A DNA stretch of 64,000 nt from NCBI GenBank assembly GCA_963665095.1, contig OY762069.1:1856001-1920000 (forward strand), in the 5' to 3' direction. The position numbers were made by a program, and so were the translations under genes. The notes under the pieces were generated by a model. That model saw only the letters and a list, made by a program, of their open reading frames with translations. It ran no database searches and was not told where the DNA came from. The DNA is from an uncultured Desulfobacter sp. (GTDB taxonomy: Bacteria > Desulfobacterota > Desulfobacteria > Desulfobacterales > Desulfobacteraceae). This document shows positions 62,125 to 64,000 of the stretch, piece after piece. Position 1 is the first letter of the stretch. Each line of letters opens with the position of its first letter.

Positions 62125-63237
62125 ATGACTCACCCAACAGGCCGGACCACAGCCCCCTATTCTGTGTCACGGCAGGCGATAAACCTTATGGAAAGAAATC
62201 AAAAAGAAAATGACAACCATGCTCTTACGGCATTGAATTTATGTAAAACAGCCCGTTCCCTCATTAGAAGCCGTAACCCAGGCCAGGCGGAACCGCTTCT
62301 GCTTTCAGCCCTGGAGGTCTCCCCTAAAAACCCTTATGTGCTGGTAGCGTTAGGTGATGCTAAACGCATGCAAAAGCAGTTTAATAAGGCTGCCGAATAT
62401 TACAGCCGATGTCTTGAAACAGACCCTTTAAATCCTTTTGCCATGTCTGGGCTGGGTGATGCATACCGGGGGGTCAATGACCTCAACGGTGCCATTGACA
62501 TCTGGTCCAGGGCCCTTGATGCCTACCCTGAAAACTACCTCGTCATGACCCGTTTGGCAGATGCATTGAGCAAAAAAGGGAATCTCGCCGGAGCCAGACA
62601 GATTTATGAAAAAGCAATTACTCTGAATCCAGAGGATCCGTTTGCCTTGTCCGGGCTAGGCAATCTGTATGTCCGGCAAAGAGAGTTCCCGCTTGCACAG
62701 CCGCTTTTGGAAAAACTTGTAACCCGTCAGCCGCGCAATCCGAGAGCCATTGGTGCCTTAGCCAACTTCTACCGCAGGCAGGAAGATTTCCAAAACGCTA
62801 AAATCCTTTATAAACGGATACTGGAGATTGATCCGTATAATGTATTTGCCATGGATGGGTTGGCTGACTGTGCCAGGGGCAACAAAGAGTACGAAGAGGC
62901 TAAAACGTTGTGGGAGAAGGCCATGGAGGCAGGTATGAATAAAGCCATCGCCAAAACACGCATTGCGGATGCCTGTGTACAGATGGGTCAATTCAGTCAG
63001 GCAAAAGATTATTATGATCAGGTTCTGTCAAAGGCCGAAGACCGATTTGCCCTGTTCGGACGACTGCGGTTGATTGAACTGGAGCCAGGTGACTCCCGGC
63101 AGAAAGTCATTGATGCTGCAGATATCTTTCGGCGTCTGTTCACCCTCAATGCCTTTGATGACCGGGCAATAAGTGAATTTCACGTATTCAGAGTCCGGCA
63201 TCCGGAAATTGACACCCATATTCAGTCGCCGGTGTAG
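62125..63237 (+). CDS. Tetratricopeptide-repeat protein
   Basis: About 8 repeats with ~34-aa spacing (P.N.A…LG/LA pattern). Start may be 62188. Confidence 0.88.
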   Translation: MTHPTGRTTAPYSVSRQAINLMERNQKENDNHALTALNLCKTARSLIRSRNPGQAEPLLLSALEVSPKNPYVLVALGDAKRMQKQFNKAAEYYSRCLETDPLNPFAMSGLGDAYRGVNDLNGAIDIWSRALDAYPENYLVMTRLADALSKKGNLAGARQIYEKAITLNPEDPFALSGLGNLYVRQREFPLAQPLLEKLVTRQPRNPRAIGALANFYRRQEDFQNAKILYKRILEIDPYNVFAMDGLADCARGNKEYEEAKTLWEKAMEAGMNKAIAKTRIADACVQMGQFSQAKDYYDQVLSKAEDRFALFGRLRLIELEPGDSRQKVIDAADIFRRLFTLNAFDDRAISEFHVFRVRHPEIDTHIQSPV

Positions 63238-63314
63238 CCTCATTAGAAACAACACAGCCTGCGGGCCGCCTGTAATTTTTTCGTACCCGATTTAATACCG
63301 AAACGCCTTCTTTT

Positions 63315-63950
63315 TTACCCGGAATCAGCGGTACGTTGCCGGTCAACCAATGCCAGGGCCATGGAGGATACAATATCCCCAATCCGCTTCATATGGCGGA
63401 TGCGATCTTTCTCAGTTCTTCCCGGATAATTTCTAAAGGAAATAAGAATCCCGGACAGGCAGGAAAACAGGGTATGGCTCATCAGCCTTGAATTATCGCG
63501 ACAGCCCAGGGATTTGAACACCTGGTCAAATAAATCCAGCAACTGCCTGCCGATGTCATTTAACTGTTCAACCGCACCCATTTCCCTGCTTCCGTGCAGG
63601 GCGAGATGGGTGATCATCTGCCACTGAGCCCTTTGGACAATATAGTAATCAAGAAAACAGTCCACACAAAGATCCAGGGCATCTTCAGGCTGATTCGAAA
63701 TCTGCATTTCAAGTTCATTGATAAATATGCAGGCATCTGTATACGCCACAGTGGCATACAACTCCTCCTGGGACTTGAAATAAGTATAAATAGAGGATTT
63801 TCCAATACCTGCAGTTCTTGCAATTTCAGCCATACTGGCTTTGTCAAAGGTTTTCTGTCCGAACACCTCTCTAGCGGCATCAATAATTAGCTGCCGGCGC
63901 ATTTCCCGCTCATTAATTTTTAACTTTTGAAGCGTGCTATTTCTTTTCAT
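63315..63950 (-). CDS. TetR/AcrR-family transcriptional regulator
   Basis: IIDAAREVF…SMAEIARTAGIGKSSIYTYFKS HTH. Start 63950 or 63974. Confidence 0.92.
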   Translation of the reverse strand: MKRNSTLQKLKINEREMRRQLIIDAAREVFGQKTFDKASMAEIARTAGIGKSSIYTYFKSQEELYATVAYTDACIFINELEMQISNQPEDALDLCVDCFLDYYIVQRAQWQMITHLALHGSREMGAVEQLNDIGRQLLDLFDQVFKSLGCRDNSRLMSHTLFSCLSGILISFRNYPGRTEKDRIRHMKRIGDIVSSMALALVDRQRTADSG

Positions 63951-64000
63951 TTTTTTCTGACCAAAGCCAGCCATCCTTTAAAAAACTGTAAAAGTGTATA

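Overview
Chromosomal, mostly housekeeping window from a sulfate-reducing deltaproteobacterium. Gene content and order suggest Desulfobacteraceae; this is an inference and no search was run. Recognisable core genes: mfd, xerD, cmoA, larB, ilvD-ilvB-ilvN-cimA-leuA, lepA, nadC, valS, tRNA-Leu(CAG), ribF-def-fmt-rsmB-rpe and glnK-amtB, plus several signalling proteins. The first ~6 kb (GNAT, methyltransferase, stand-alone FMN glutamate-synthase-family gene, Cache/PAS kinase) looks accessory. Elements the ORF track misses: (1) an Ile/Leu/Val leader-peptide attenuator with antiterminator and terminator in front of ilvD; (2) a candidate sigma-54 unit (two UAS-like repeats, -24/-12 box, 54-aa small ORF, terminator) right after a PAS-bEBP gene; (3) an 84-bp MITE-like element; (4) a pldA-like phospholipase pseudogene with three lesions, one in a poly-G tract; (5) a consensus sigma-54 promoter with repeated palindromic motifs upstream of glnK-amtB. 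The best candidates for an undescribed system concern intracellular positioning: a deviant ParA + acidic protein + coiled-coil/Zn-ribbon protein operon divergent from a protein with ~290 aa of acidic repeats and an FGE-type domain; a chromosomal ParM-like actin with a probable membrane-targeting tail; and a PopZ/RomR-C-like protein next to valS. These functional readings are hypotheses. No CRISPR array, rRNA, prophage or intact transposase was seen.
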